In this document: one piece after another, positions 38,375 through 51,597 of the stretch
How positions within the stretch are numbered: position 1 is the stretch's first letter
How the letters are laid out: each line of letters starts with the position of its first letter
Origin: Octopus bimaculoides
Taxonomy: Eukaryota
Reading direction: 5' to 3'
NCBI RefSeq assembly: GCF_001194135.2
Contig: NC_068987.1
Span: 61,864,856 to 61,928,855, forward strand
Length of the DNA stretch: 64,000 bases
Notes under the pieces: model-generated
Told to the model about the DNA's origin: nothing
Seen by the model: only the letters and a program-made list of their open reading frames with translations
Databases searched by the model: none
Made by a program: the position numbers and the translations under genes

Positions 38375-41300
38375 CGTATATATATATATTTGTATGTATG
38401 TATGTGTAACCTCCATCAAAAATCTTGTCATAACTTGCCTGACTTTTCTGAACATTCAGGTGAAACAGAATAACAAGCGACTGACTTAATTGTATTTGTG
38501 TATGTGTGTTGTGAGGAGACCATATATAACTAATAATGCTTTCCCTTTTGTAAAAAATTGGCAAGTTAATTAATGCATGAAGAAATACTTCAGTAAGAAA
38601 TAACTTCCAGAAGCCAGAAAATGTAGAGAAGAAGGATGGCATATGTAAAACCAGTGTTATTTCTAGAGTAATACAATATCTGTGGGGAGTGGTATTTGAG
38701 CACGATTTCTATAAAAACTCATGTTATTAAAAGAGAAAAGACTATTGTAATATTAACAATAATAAAAGCAACATAAATTATTATGCAAAATAAATCAAGC
38801 AAAAACAGTGCAGCACAAACAAAATACATTATAGTATATTGTTTTTGACCTTGATTCCAATTTTATCCAAGTTTGTCCTTTGCATTTTTGTACTTGATAG
38901 AAATAAGTATCAGTTATATATTAAAGGAGATTGATGGGATGTAGTCATTATTCCCACCAAATTCAATGATTTGCTTTGTGTCTAACTAACAAAAATCAAT
39001 AATTACTCAAAAGGAATCATTAATAAGAGAAAATACGGAAAAGTCAGGACATGATATTGAGGGCAATGTGTATATATCAACAAGAACAATATCCCTGTGA
39101 AGTAAAGGGCATCTTTTAGTATGTCAGCATGCTGTAACATATATGGAAATAGCATTTTTTATAGAGCTTTCATTGGAAGCTTGTTTATAGCTAGTTTTGG
39201 GGTATGACTTCAAACTGCATCCAGTAGTGGTGCCCTGGTTTGGAAGTTTCTGGGTTTTGTGGAGTGTGGAACCACCTCTTAGCCATGATTGTTTCTCTGA
39301 TCCAGAGAAGTAGCCTCTGTCTGGGTCCCAGCTTTAGGTTAATTAACATGTAGTAGCAAGTGGGTGGGTCAGAGGCCAGTTTCTTCAGCTCAGTACAGCA
39401 ACTTGCCTAAAGAAAAAATGTTGATGTAAGAACCTATGACCTGAGGACCTCACTGTCACAGTCCCAGCTCTCTAGGCCATGGCAATTGAACTCTGAATGT
39501 AAGAGATGGGACAGTACTGCACACTCTGCACTCCACAAAAATTTCCATTGCTCTGGCCTGAGAATATGTCCACGTCCATAACCTCCCTCCTCTCCTTCTC
39601 AAGTCCTGTTCCATAATTACTCAGGGTTAATATTTCAAATGGGGCTAAGGCAGTGAGCTGGCAGAATCATTACCACACCTGAAAAAATGCTTATTGGCAT
39701 TTCTTCTGACTTTATAGGGTCAGTTTTGCCTTTCATCCTTTCGGAATCAATACAATAAGTACCAGTTGCACACTGGGGTTGATGTAATCAACTTACCTCC
39801 TCCCCTGACATTGCTGGCTTTGTGCCAAAATTTGAAACCAATATTTCAACTGGAGCTGAAGAAGCATTTGAGTTATTGAAATGTAATTTTGATCATGTGA
39901 TAACCTATGCAGAAATATTATTGATGTGGGAAGTCTTTATGATATGCATAGGAATTTAAGTAACTTGAAGTGGAAGTTATGGAAAGTGCTGGATGCTATA
40001 ATTTTAATTGTTAAATGTCACCAGATTAAATCCATTGTCCACCAGTTATATGATATTAGACTTAGACATACATCTGTCACTAAACCTAGGACTTATAGAA
40101 TCAGAGCCTAACCTGGTTTCTGTGGCATATACGACACTGCATGGTTAACTTCCCAACTGTTGATGAAACTCATTACTATCTGAATGAACTAGAGCATTGT
40201 GAAATGAGTTGTTTTACTCAAGAATACAATGCACTATCCTGTCATCGTCATCATTTAACATCTGTTTTTGATGCTGGCATGGGCTTGACAGTTTGACAGG
40301 AGCTGGCCAGCTGAAGAGCTGCTCAGGCTCCATGTTTGTTTTGGCATGGTTTCTATGGCTAGATGCCCTTCTTAATACCAACCACTTTACAGAGTGTACT
40401 GAGAGCTTTTACGTAACACCAGCATGAGTGCTTTTATGTAACACTGGCACAGGTGCTGTTTATGTGGCACTAGCATCCTTGAACCCACAAGATTAGGATT
40501 GTTCAGCTGAAGAGAGAAATCAAAGCCATAATCTTACAATCATTAGTACAGTACCCTAACCAGTAGGCTACATATCTTTGTGATATGATTTGATGCAAAT
40601 TCTTGATGAGTTCCTAAATAGATGAAGTAGAGGACTGCATTGAATTTCATACATAAGTAGAACCCTAATATTAGGTAGGAAAAAAAATGAGATTGTGATC
40701 ATGATCATCATCATTTAATGTCTGTTGTCCATGATGGCATGGATTGGATGTTTTGACCAGAACTGGCTAGCTGGAGAGCTGCACCAGGTTCCAGTCCGAT
40801 TTGGCTTGGTTTCTATGGCTGGATGCACTCTTCCTAATGCCAACCACTTTACTGTGTGTGCTTGGTGCTTTTACATGGCACCACATGAGCACTTTGACAC
40901 GACACCAGCATGAGTGCTCTTTTTACATGGCACCAGCACAGGACTCTTGCAGGCCAATCCTCTTCACCATGGAGAATGGCTTTAACACTTCTGCTGTGGA
41001 GTACAGGTGTTCTTGAGTAAGCATGGGGTCTTCATTGAACTACAAACCTAAAAATTGTGAGTTCATTACTACTGCAAGTATGTCAATGCATTGTGTCTCT
41101 ACACTTTGATTATTTTATTTTTGTTTAATTAACTGTTTAGAATATATAAGAGATCCTCTGGAAATCTTATCTTTGACAGATGGCCATTGTACAAAATCCA
41201 CAACTAAATGTCAGTTTTATGAATTACATGTTTTATGAGAAGAAAATTGTTAGAAAAACATACTCAGAAAGACATAATGTAACGGAAAATTACACACTTA

Positions 41301-44300
41301 TTAAATATTTGTTGAACTCGAAGTGACATGACTAATAATATTAAAATATTTAATGAAACTTATAATGTTATCAATGAATATTAGAAGTAATTTCATGAGT
41401 TCATACTTAAATATATTATATTTTCCTTTCTATCTTCATTTCAGACTTTACTTTGCTCTTCTGACAATCAGCAAATAAATTCATCTCCATTCCTTCAAAG
41501 AGATTTCATTGATTCTCTTAGTTTGTGCCAAAGTAACGTAACCAAATTTTTTATGATGACAAAAGAAAATAAAGAAAATATTTCAAGGTATACTTGGGAA
41601 AAAGCTCTGAACAATACATTTTATCTTGTGAAGATTTTGGACCAGTATTCTAAGGTAGTTATCATCTTTATAATATTGTTTATTTGTTTGTGTAGTCCAT
41701 AAATTTTTTTCTAAAACAAAACAACAGAAAGGTTTTTATTATTGTAGTCTTAAAAACAAGCCCTTTTGTTTTACATTACCTCCTGTACATTTCTGGATCC
41801 TGGAACTCTCAAAACAAGAATTTTGATATGTTATCAGCAAAGAGAAGTAATTTCCCCTACAAAAAAGTGACTATAGGAAATTGTGCATGGGAATGTAAAA
41901 ATTTTGAGTGCTCAAAGTAGATGGAACCTGTGGAGAAAAACAAGGATCAAAGTGGTGAAGACTGGTCCCAAGATACTGAACCTCATAAAAGGAATGACTA
42001 GGAACAAAAATTATTGGCAATGTGCAGTGCTGCGGAAGACTTGTTCTCCTTTCCAAGTGTTGCACACAGAGCACTAAAATGTGGAGTAGTGATGGTGGCT
42101 CAGATGCCCTTGCTGAACTAATCCTCTATCCACATCACCTCTGCAACACCTTCCTGCCTTTCTTTCACTGACCCTCTCCCTCAGCTTTACCACTGTCTCA
42201 ATACCATCTCATCTTTCTCTCTTTCTTTCTCTCTCTTTCTGTCTTCCACACTACTTCTACAACACCGACAGCTCCCACGTCATTCTTTCTCTAACCTTCT
42301 GCCCTTAGTTTCTCTATCTCCTCAACACTCTCTCACCAGTCTCTATCCTACACCTCTTTTACCATCACTGCACCTGCTCACATTCATCTATATAACATAG
42401 AATAGCCCTGGACCTCTGCACTTCCCCTGCCTATCATCCTTAACACACATAATCCTTTATTTTGTTGGCAACACTGGGTACTTTTCCAGACGTAACTGAA
42501 TGTGATATTATCCCATGTCAACATAAAAGAAAGGCTATGAAATGATTATGGTGGTGGTGATAGTAGCAGTGGTAGTGGTTGTTATTATTGTTGCTGTTAC
42601 ATTATCTGGAAATAGCTGTTATTATTGTTGCTGTTACATTATCTGGAAGTGGTTGTTTCTTAAAATATTGAAAAATATAATTTCCTGTGATTCTTATTTC
42701 TTAAATAGAAAATTTTAAAAAACTAATTGCTTTTTTACTTTTTATATGATTTTTTTTTTTTTTTTTATCAATTTGGACATGCATCCCCTCTATAGTTTTT
42801 GTTGACAGGAATATAATATGCCATTTCAGAATTTTGAAAGTTAGATTCTGTATCATTTACTACACAATTTGAATCTGTCTGTAAAGCCTTCCACATCATT
42901 TAAACTATAATATTCTTAGAATTTCACAAATTTTGAAGTTGTTTAAGATCTCTTTCTTGTTCCGGTAGATTTATTTCTTGTACATTGCCAGTACACTGAC
43001 TTAGTTTCACTTCAGTATTAGATAATCACAGCTGGCAGAATCGTTAACATGCAAGGCAAAATGCTTAGCAGTGTTTCATCCACTGGTACATTCATCATCA
43101 TCATCATCATCATCATCATCGCTGTTTAACGTCCACTTTCTATGCTGGCATGGGTTGGACAGTTTGACTCAAGACTGGCAAGCCAGAAGGCTGCACCAGG
43201 CTCCAGTCTGATCTGGCAAGGTTTCTACAGCTGGATGCCCTTCCTAACACCAACCACTCTGAGAGTGTAGTGGATGCTTTTTGCATGCCACCGGCATGAA
43301 GGCCAGTCAGGTGTTACTGGTATTGACCACACTTGAATGGTACATTTTACATGCCACCGGCACAGGACCAGTCAAGCAACACTGGCATCGACCATACTCA
43401 AATAGTGCTTTTTTATGTGCTACCGACACAGGACCAGTCAGGCGGCACTGGCATCAACCACGCTCGAATGGTGCATTTTATGTGCCAGTCAGGCGATATT
43501 GGTATCAGCCACGACAGTGACTTCACTTGAGTCAACAGGTCTTCACAAGCACAGTTTATTGCCCTATGATTGAAGGATACTCTTAAATGGGCTGGTTATG
43601 CTGCACTGACGTAGGCCACGGTTATAGTCTTCCTTGGCTTCCTGAGTCTTCTCAAGCACAGCATATCTCCAGAGGTCTTGGTTACTAGTCATTTCCTTGG
43701 TGAAGCCTAATGTTCGAAGGTCATTCTTCACCACCTCATCTCATGTCTTCCTAGGTCTACTTCTTCCACAGGTTCCCTCTACTGCGAGAGTGTGACACTT
43801 TTACACACAGCTGTCCTCTTCCATGCACAACACATGACCATACCAGTGCTGTCATCTCTCATGCACACCACATCTGATGCTTCTTACGTCCAACTTCTCT
43901 CAGGGTGCTTACACTCTGTCATGTATGCTCACTGAGATTACAATTCCAGCAGAGCATACTAGCTTCATTTCTTTCAAGCTTATGCATGTTCTCAACTGTC
44001 ATGGCCCATATTTCACTACCGTGTAGTATGGCTGTTCGCACACATACATCATACAGTCTACTTTTCACTCTGAGTGAGAGGCCCTTTGTCACCAGCAGAG
44101 GTAGGAGCTCTCTGAACTTTGCCCAAGTTATTCTTATTCTAGCAGCTACACTCTCAGTGCATCCACCCTCACTACTGACCTGGTCACCCAGGAAACAGAA
44201 GCTATCAACTACTTCTAGTTTTTACCCATGGCATTTGACACAAGCTATTTTCTGCACATTTTCAGTGTCTATTGCCACTGAGCATTTGCCACACACAAAA

Positions 44301-46139
44301 ACTATCTTCCCAGTTAACCTTCCTTTGATATTGCTGCACCCCTTATGTCTCCATTCTGAGTTGAAATTCTGCTGAGGTTACTTTTTATCCTATCAGGGTT
44401 GATAAAATAAGTATCAGTTGAGCATTGGTGTTGATGTTATCCACTTATTCTTTACCCTAAAATTGCTGCCTTTGTGCCAAAATTTAAAACCAATGTTAGA
44501 TAATCATATGCACAACAACATCATGTACAATTAATTTATAGACATGGTGTAATGTAACTGACACCTGTGCCATGTTAAATGATTGGCACTTGTGTTGGTG
44601 GCATGTAAAAAACACTCACTACACTCTTGGAATGGTTGGCATTAGGAAGGGCATCCAACCATAGAAATCTAGCCAAATCAGACTGGTACCTAGTGCAACT
44701 CCCTGGATTACCAGTTCTCATTTAAACTGTCCAACCCATGCCAGCATGGTAAACGGACAGTAAATGATGATGATGTAATTCAAAATCACTTAATATATTT
44801 AATAAATACTATGTACTATGAATGTATGGTCTTTACACTAAATCTTTCTTGGAGCAGTTGAGAAAAAAGATGAGAAAAAAATCATGGTTGGAAAGGATTT
44901 ATTTTAATCAATGAAATTATAAAAATTAAAAGAAATACTTTTCTAGGAAGACTGAGGAATGTTCTACATATGAAGTCATTACAAATTGATTGTTAATATA
45001 ATTATTAATTAATTAATTGATTAGTTAGCAGAAACTGGCAGATGCCAGACTAAATGCCTTGTGGTACTTAAATTTATCCCTCTATACTCTGAGCTCAAAT
45101 CCTGCTGAAGTTTCTTCTTTGACTTTTATCCGTTTAGGGTTAATAAGTACTGATAATATGCAGGGCTTGATCGAATTTTTCTCCTGCTTTTCAACTACAT
45201 GGTCTCAGATTTGCTCCCACTGTGTGGCACCTTGGGCAAGCATATTAGCACCAAGCTAATCAAAGCCTTGTGAGTGGATTTGATTGATAGAAATTACAAG
45301 CAGCTGTTGTGTGTGTTTGTGTGTGTGCACGCACGTGCGTGCATGTGTTTGTATCCTTCTCTTGACATTGCATCAAACTAGCAGTGCTGTTTGTTTCTGG
45401 TATTTTGCCAAGAATATATCGCATCATGAGGAAATATTTATTACCTTACTTGGAAACAAGTGAGACTTGACAACTGGAAGGGTATTCAGCCATTGAAAAC
45501 TGCCTCAAACAAACTCCATCTGATCCAAGGAAGGATGGAAAAAGTGGATGTTAAATGATGATGATGATGCCCAGCTAAAAGAAATCAATATGATTACTTA
45601 CAAACAAATATCTAGCACGAAAAATGTTGCATATAGGAAAACAATAATGGAGTTTGTATGTAACATCACAACTCATATTTAACTTAGATACGGGACACTG
45701 AATATTTTTTATATGATCTATATTCTCTAACATTCTATATCTTAGGTTTAGTTGATAGCTTCTTTATAATGTTTTAACTTTAATTTCTAAAATGTGACTG
45801 ATATAAATAAAAAAAAATTATAGGTGCAGGCTTGGCTGTGTGGCAAGATGTTTTGTTATGTCTCAAGCTACTGCTATCTAGCACCTTCGGATAATCTCTA
45901 CTCAACTGCTACTCAACAGCTCTACCCAACAGTCACTCAATTCCTCTAACACGGCTAGACTACCTCTATTTATATGTCTTGCACGATCCTACTTCTTTGC
46001 TTGGGGGCGTCAACACAACATGTTTACAACTGAGTTCAGTCCCACTGCATGACACTGAGGGCAATTGTTTACTACTATAACCCTGGACTGACCAAAGCCT
46101 TGTGAGTGGATTTGGTAGATGGAAACTAAAAGAGGCCTG

Positions 46140-46201
<62 letters not shown>

Positions 46202-49120
46202 ATGGAAGAAGTGATGCACATAAACACAGTTAGGTTTGACATATATATGCATATATATGCATTGTATATACGAATATGTTTACATAGAGGATAAAAAATA
46301 TAGAATACTAAGAAGAGAATACATAATTTCTTAACTCAGCAACTGTTTCAGGAAGCTTGGAGTTATGCAATAATTTTAATGTTCATAATTTGCCAATGGA
46401 ATGTGCAAAAAGTAACATTCACATGAAGATTTTACAAGTCCAACCATTTGTTATGCTTTGTCTGCAGAGTGGTTGGTGTTAGGAAGAGAATCCAGCCATG
46501 AAATCCCTGCCAAAGCAGACACAGTAGCCTGGAATAGTTTTTCTGTCTGGTTGACTGCTGTCACCTGTCCTACCCATGCATGGAAGATGGATGTTAAATG
46601 GTGATGATGATGATGATATATAGACAAGCGTAGCTTTTTCTATGTGTGTGTGTGTGGGGGGGGGCACTGTGTAGCAAGAAGCTTGCTTCCCAACCACATG
46701 GTTCTGGGTTCAGTCCTACTGCATGACACCTTGGGCAAGTGTCTTCTACTTTAGCCTCAGCTGACTAAAATTTTATAGGCACAAGAGTGGTTGTGTGGTA
46801 AGTAGCTTGCTTACCAACCACATGGTTTCAGGTTCAGTCCCACTGAAGTGTCTTCTACTATAGCCACGGGCTAACCAAAGCCTTGTGAGTGGATTTGATG
46901 GACAGAAAGCTGAAAGAAGCCTGTCGAATATATATTTGTATATATATATGTATGTGTGTCTATATGTTTGTGTGTCTGTATTTGTCCCTCCCAACATCAC
47001 TTGACAACCGATGCTAGTGCCTTTATGTCCCCTTAACTTAGCAGTTCGGCAATAGAAACCAATAGAATAAGTACTAGGTTTACAAAGAATAAATCCTGAG
47101 GTCGATTTGCTCGACTAAAAGCAGTGCTCCAACATGGCCACAGTCAAGTGACTGAAACAGCTAAAAGAATATATATGTATGTATGTATGTATGCATTATC
47201 TGCATCACTACCTCCATATCAACTCATCCTAGATTTCTTTTATAGACACTCTTGATGCCATGAACCAAGTCCTGGATGGAGAATTCAGAGTTTAATCTAA
47301 ATTCATTTGAGCACAATACTCCATATTTTCTATACTGAGAATAGCTAACCCCCACCTATTGTCTGTATGTGTGTGTGTGTGTGTTTATATTTGTCTTCCA
47401 CCACAGGTTCACAGCTGGCATTTGTTTCTTTATGGTCCAATATCTTAGCAGTTCAGCAAAAGAGACTGATAGAATAAGTACCAGGCTTTAAAAAATAAAC
47501 GCTAGGGTTGATCCATTTGGCTAATCTTTTCAAGGCAGTGCTCCAGCATGGCAACAGTCCATGTAAAGCAAGTAAAGGCTAAAGATAGAATATTGCAATT
47601 GATCTAGTTTTGGTAAAGAAGAAAAGTATCTACAAGCAAAGGCAATTCTTTACCAAATTTTCTGGAATGCTGCTTGATAAAGAAAATGTATTTTATATTT
47701 TTACTGTTCCATAAAGCCTGAAAAATTAAGATATATTATTATCATTATCACCTTATCAGGTTTTTAGTAATAATTTATTTATCAAAAATAAGAAAATAAA
47801 TAATTTGAAATTAGAACAAAAAGGATATTTTAAACTGTTTTAGCAGTAATTTATTTATTTACGTATTTATTTGTTTGTTTATTAATTTATAATACAAAGC
47901 AAACATTTCAGAAATTGCTTGCCTTTATCATCTACAAATATAAAAAGAAAGTTGTTATTGGTTATTATTTTAAGTATGAAACCTCATGAATTATTGTTGC
48001 AATTATATAGGTGTTTAAGAAGCTAGATTATTGATCATATATTTTTAAACTTTGTAATCGCCATTCTTTCTTTGTATAGTTTGTCAAAACGTATTCTTTG
48101 TTTGCTTCTTTAATGTCTATTTTGTTATTTTAGCTTAGAAAGTAAAGAATTAGAATGAATACCATAAAGCATTTTGTCTGATGCTTTAATGATCCTGCCA
48201 GCTTGCTGCCTAAATAACAATAATAATGATAATAATAATAATAATAATAATAATAATAGGACATTGGGTGTGTCTAGCCAAGTCACTGTAACAAACATGC
48301 AGATTAAAAGTAAATAATAATAATAATAATAATAACCCTTTCTGTTGGAACCACAAGGCCTCAAATATGGGGGAAGGGATTAAGTTGATTACATCAATCT
48401 CAGTGTGTAACTGGTACTTATTTAACTGACTCCGAAAGGATGAAAAGCAAAGTCAACCTTGGTGGAATTTGAACTCAGAATGTGAAGATGGATGGCATAC
48501 CACAAAGCATTTTACCCGGTGTGCTAATGATTCTGCCAGCTTGCCACAACAACAACAATAATAATAAATAAATAAATAAATAGATGCCTTGATGCAGTAC
48601 CAGGCACTGGCTTTCATGGCTTCTGATCTTAACTGATTGAAAGTGTTATCATATACATGTTTTGTCTTGTTATAAAAAGATGAGCTACAGCAAATATTTT
48701 GCTCAATATCACAGATTTGTTTGTCCTTAACCAGTTGAGCATGTCCCTTAGTGGCTGACATCTCTGATCAATAGCAGAAGTAGTGGAGGAGCATCATAGC
48801 CATGTGTTGAGAGGAATTCTTTGGGGTTTGAATAATTCACCTCTGGAAACATGGATGTTTCATTCATCATTCTTAAACAAACTTTATTCAGAGACCTCTT
48901 GAGTGGGATGGGCCACTCAACCAGAAGAAAATTCTAACTGGACCCCTGCCTGCATGGTCATGCGCTGTTTATCTTGATATGAGATCACTATGTCTTGCAC
49001 ATATGGTTGTGATGCATGTGGCTTGTGTACCTTATCTGATGGGTAGTCATGATGGGTATATTGGACTTCATATATTTGTATCCCGGTGTCACTTTGATGG
49101 CATGCACTGGTCTCTCACTC

Positions 49121-49151
<31 letters not shown>

Positions 49152-50201
49152 GTTTCAAATTTTGGCACAAAGCCAGCAATTTCGGGAGAAGGGTTAAGTC
49201 AAATACATTGACTCCGGTGTTCAACTGGTACTTATTTTAATGACCCCAAAAGGATGAAAGCAAAGTCAACCTCAGCAGAATTTTAACTCAGGACATAAAG
49301 GTGGAAGAAATGCTTTTTTGCCCGGTGTGCTAACAATTCTGCTGGCTCACCACCTTAATAATATTAATAACTTCTTCTACTATGGGCACAAGGCCTGCAA
49401 TTTGTTGGGAGGGAGATAGTCGATTACATCAACTCCAGTCTTCAACTGGTACTTATTTTATCAACCCCAAAAGGATTAGAGGTAAAGTCAGCCTCAGCAG
49501 AATTTGAACTCAGAATGTAAAGATGGATGAAATGCCACTAAGCATTTCGCCTGGTGTGCTAACCATTCTGCCAGTTTGTCACCTTCTTAATAATAATAGT
49601 AATAATAATCCTTTCTACTTTGGGCACAAGGTCTGAAATTTTTGGGAAAGGGGCTGTGCGTAACTGGTACTTATTTCATTGACCCTGAAAGGATGAAAGG
49701 CAAAGTCGACCTCAGTAGAATTTGAACTCAGTTTCTATCTACCAAATCCACTCACAATGCTTTGGTTGGCCAGAGGCTATAGTAGAAGACATTTACCCAA
49801 GGTGTCATGCAGTGAGACTGAACCCAGAATCATGTGGTTGGGAAGCAAACTCCTTACCATACACCCTATTTACAATCATGAAACATTTAAATTATGCCTT
49901 TGAAATATCATAGCAGGGAAGTAAAAGGTGGTGTGACTGAAATTATCTATTCTGGCACAACCAATATTACAAGAATTTGAAATCATGGTATACTCTTTAC
50001 TCTTTACTCTTTTATTTGTTTTAGTCATTTGACTGTGGCCATGCTGGAGCACCGCCTTTAGTCGAGCAAATCGACCCCAGGACTTATTCTTTGTAAGCCT
50101 AGTACTTATTCTATCGGTCTCTTGCCGAACTGCTAAGTTACGGGGACGTAAACACACCAGCATCGGTTGTCAAGTGATGTTGGGGGGACAAACACACACA
50201 T

Positions 50202-50258
<57 letters not shown>

Positions 50259-51428
50259 CATACATATATATGACGGGCTTCTTTCAGTTTCCATCTACCA
50301 AATCCACTCACAAGGCTTTGGTCGGCCCGAGGCTATAGTAAAAGACACTTGCCCAAGGTGCCACGCAGTGGAACTGAACCCGGAACCATGTGGTTGGTGA
50401 GCAAGCTACTTACCCCACAGCCACTCCATTAAATGTTAAAATTCTGTCAGGTTATGGTTAATAAAGATTGGAAATATTTTACTTATAAAGAAATTAAAAA
50501 CCATCATTTCTAACAAATCAAAAGTAATCATTCAGATGTTAGTTAGTCCATACAATTAGGAAGTTTTGATATTTGTATAATTTGACTAAAACATTTCCTA
50601 ACTTTGTCTTATTAGATATCGTGAATACAATATGTTGTCTTTATTTTCATTAATTTTGATTGACTGAGTTTTGAAAATTGGTATTAAAAAAAACCAAAAA
50701 CAATAGAGGAAATATATATTCTTTATTGCGTTATTAATGTTACATTCTCTAATTTGTATATTTATTATTTTTTTTTTTAGATGTTTGCAATTATAATGAT
50801 AGACCAACTCATGCAATTTTTATTTGTCTTTTTCTTTTACAAATGCTAGTATTTCAATTTTGATAAATTCAAGCCTTATCCAAATGAATCTGCCTTAGTC
50901 AAAGACAGTCTGCAGTTTGTTGAGAATGATACATTGCTGGCTGGTAAATATTACTTCAGTTTTTCTATTTTCTTTATTAGAGTTCAGTCTTTAAAGTTTA
51001 TAACTAATAGTTAAGGTTGATGTCTCATATCCTATTATTGTAGCTCTGCAGTGTGTTTTGTAACAACGTATAGAGTAACTCTTGATGAGTCAGTTGACAT
51101 AACTGTATATAGGTTTCACAGAGAACTTAAGTACAACCAGTTACTGTAAACAATGAGGCAACCATAGATTTATCAAATGTTTTAATAGCTTGAATAATGA
51201 CCTAATATATCATGAAAGATGAACTAATATATCATGAAAGATGGCCAAATATATCGTAAAAGATGGCTTGATATATCATGAATCATTCTCCCCTTTGATA
51301 AACGTGATATCATTATTGTTTTAATGTTCACATTTCCATGGAAGATTGGAAACAAATGACACCATGTGTATGATAGTGATGCTTACTAACAACTGACACA
51401 TGATATCATCAGAAGGAGACACACACAC

Positions 51429-51505
<77 letters not shown>

Positions 51506-51565
51506 TACATATATACTTACACATACACTCACACATATATATATATATATACTTATATACATTTA

Positions 51566-51597
<32 letters not shown>

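Noticed and set aside
42580-42648. 37-bp-period tandem duplication; similar small duplications at 4960-5110 and 25965-26745
   Set aside because: Ordinary slippage-type intronic duplications with no further structure
51199-51286. CRISPR-like array
   Set aside because: Contiguous 22-bp units without spacers in a eukaryotic intron; a minisatellite
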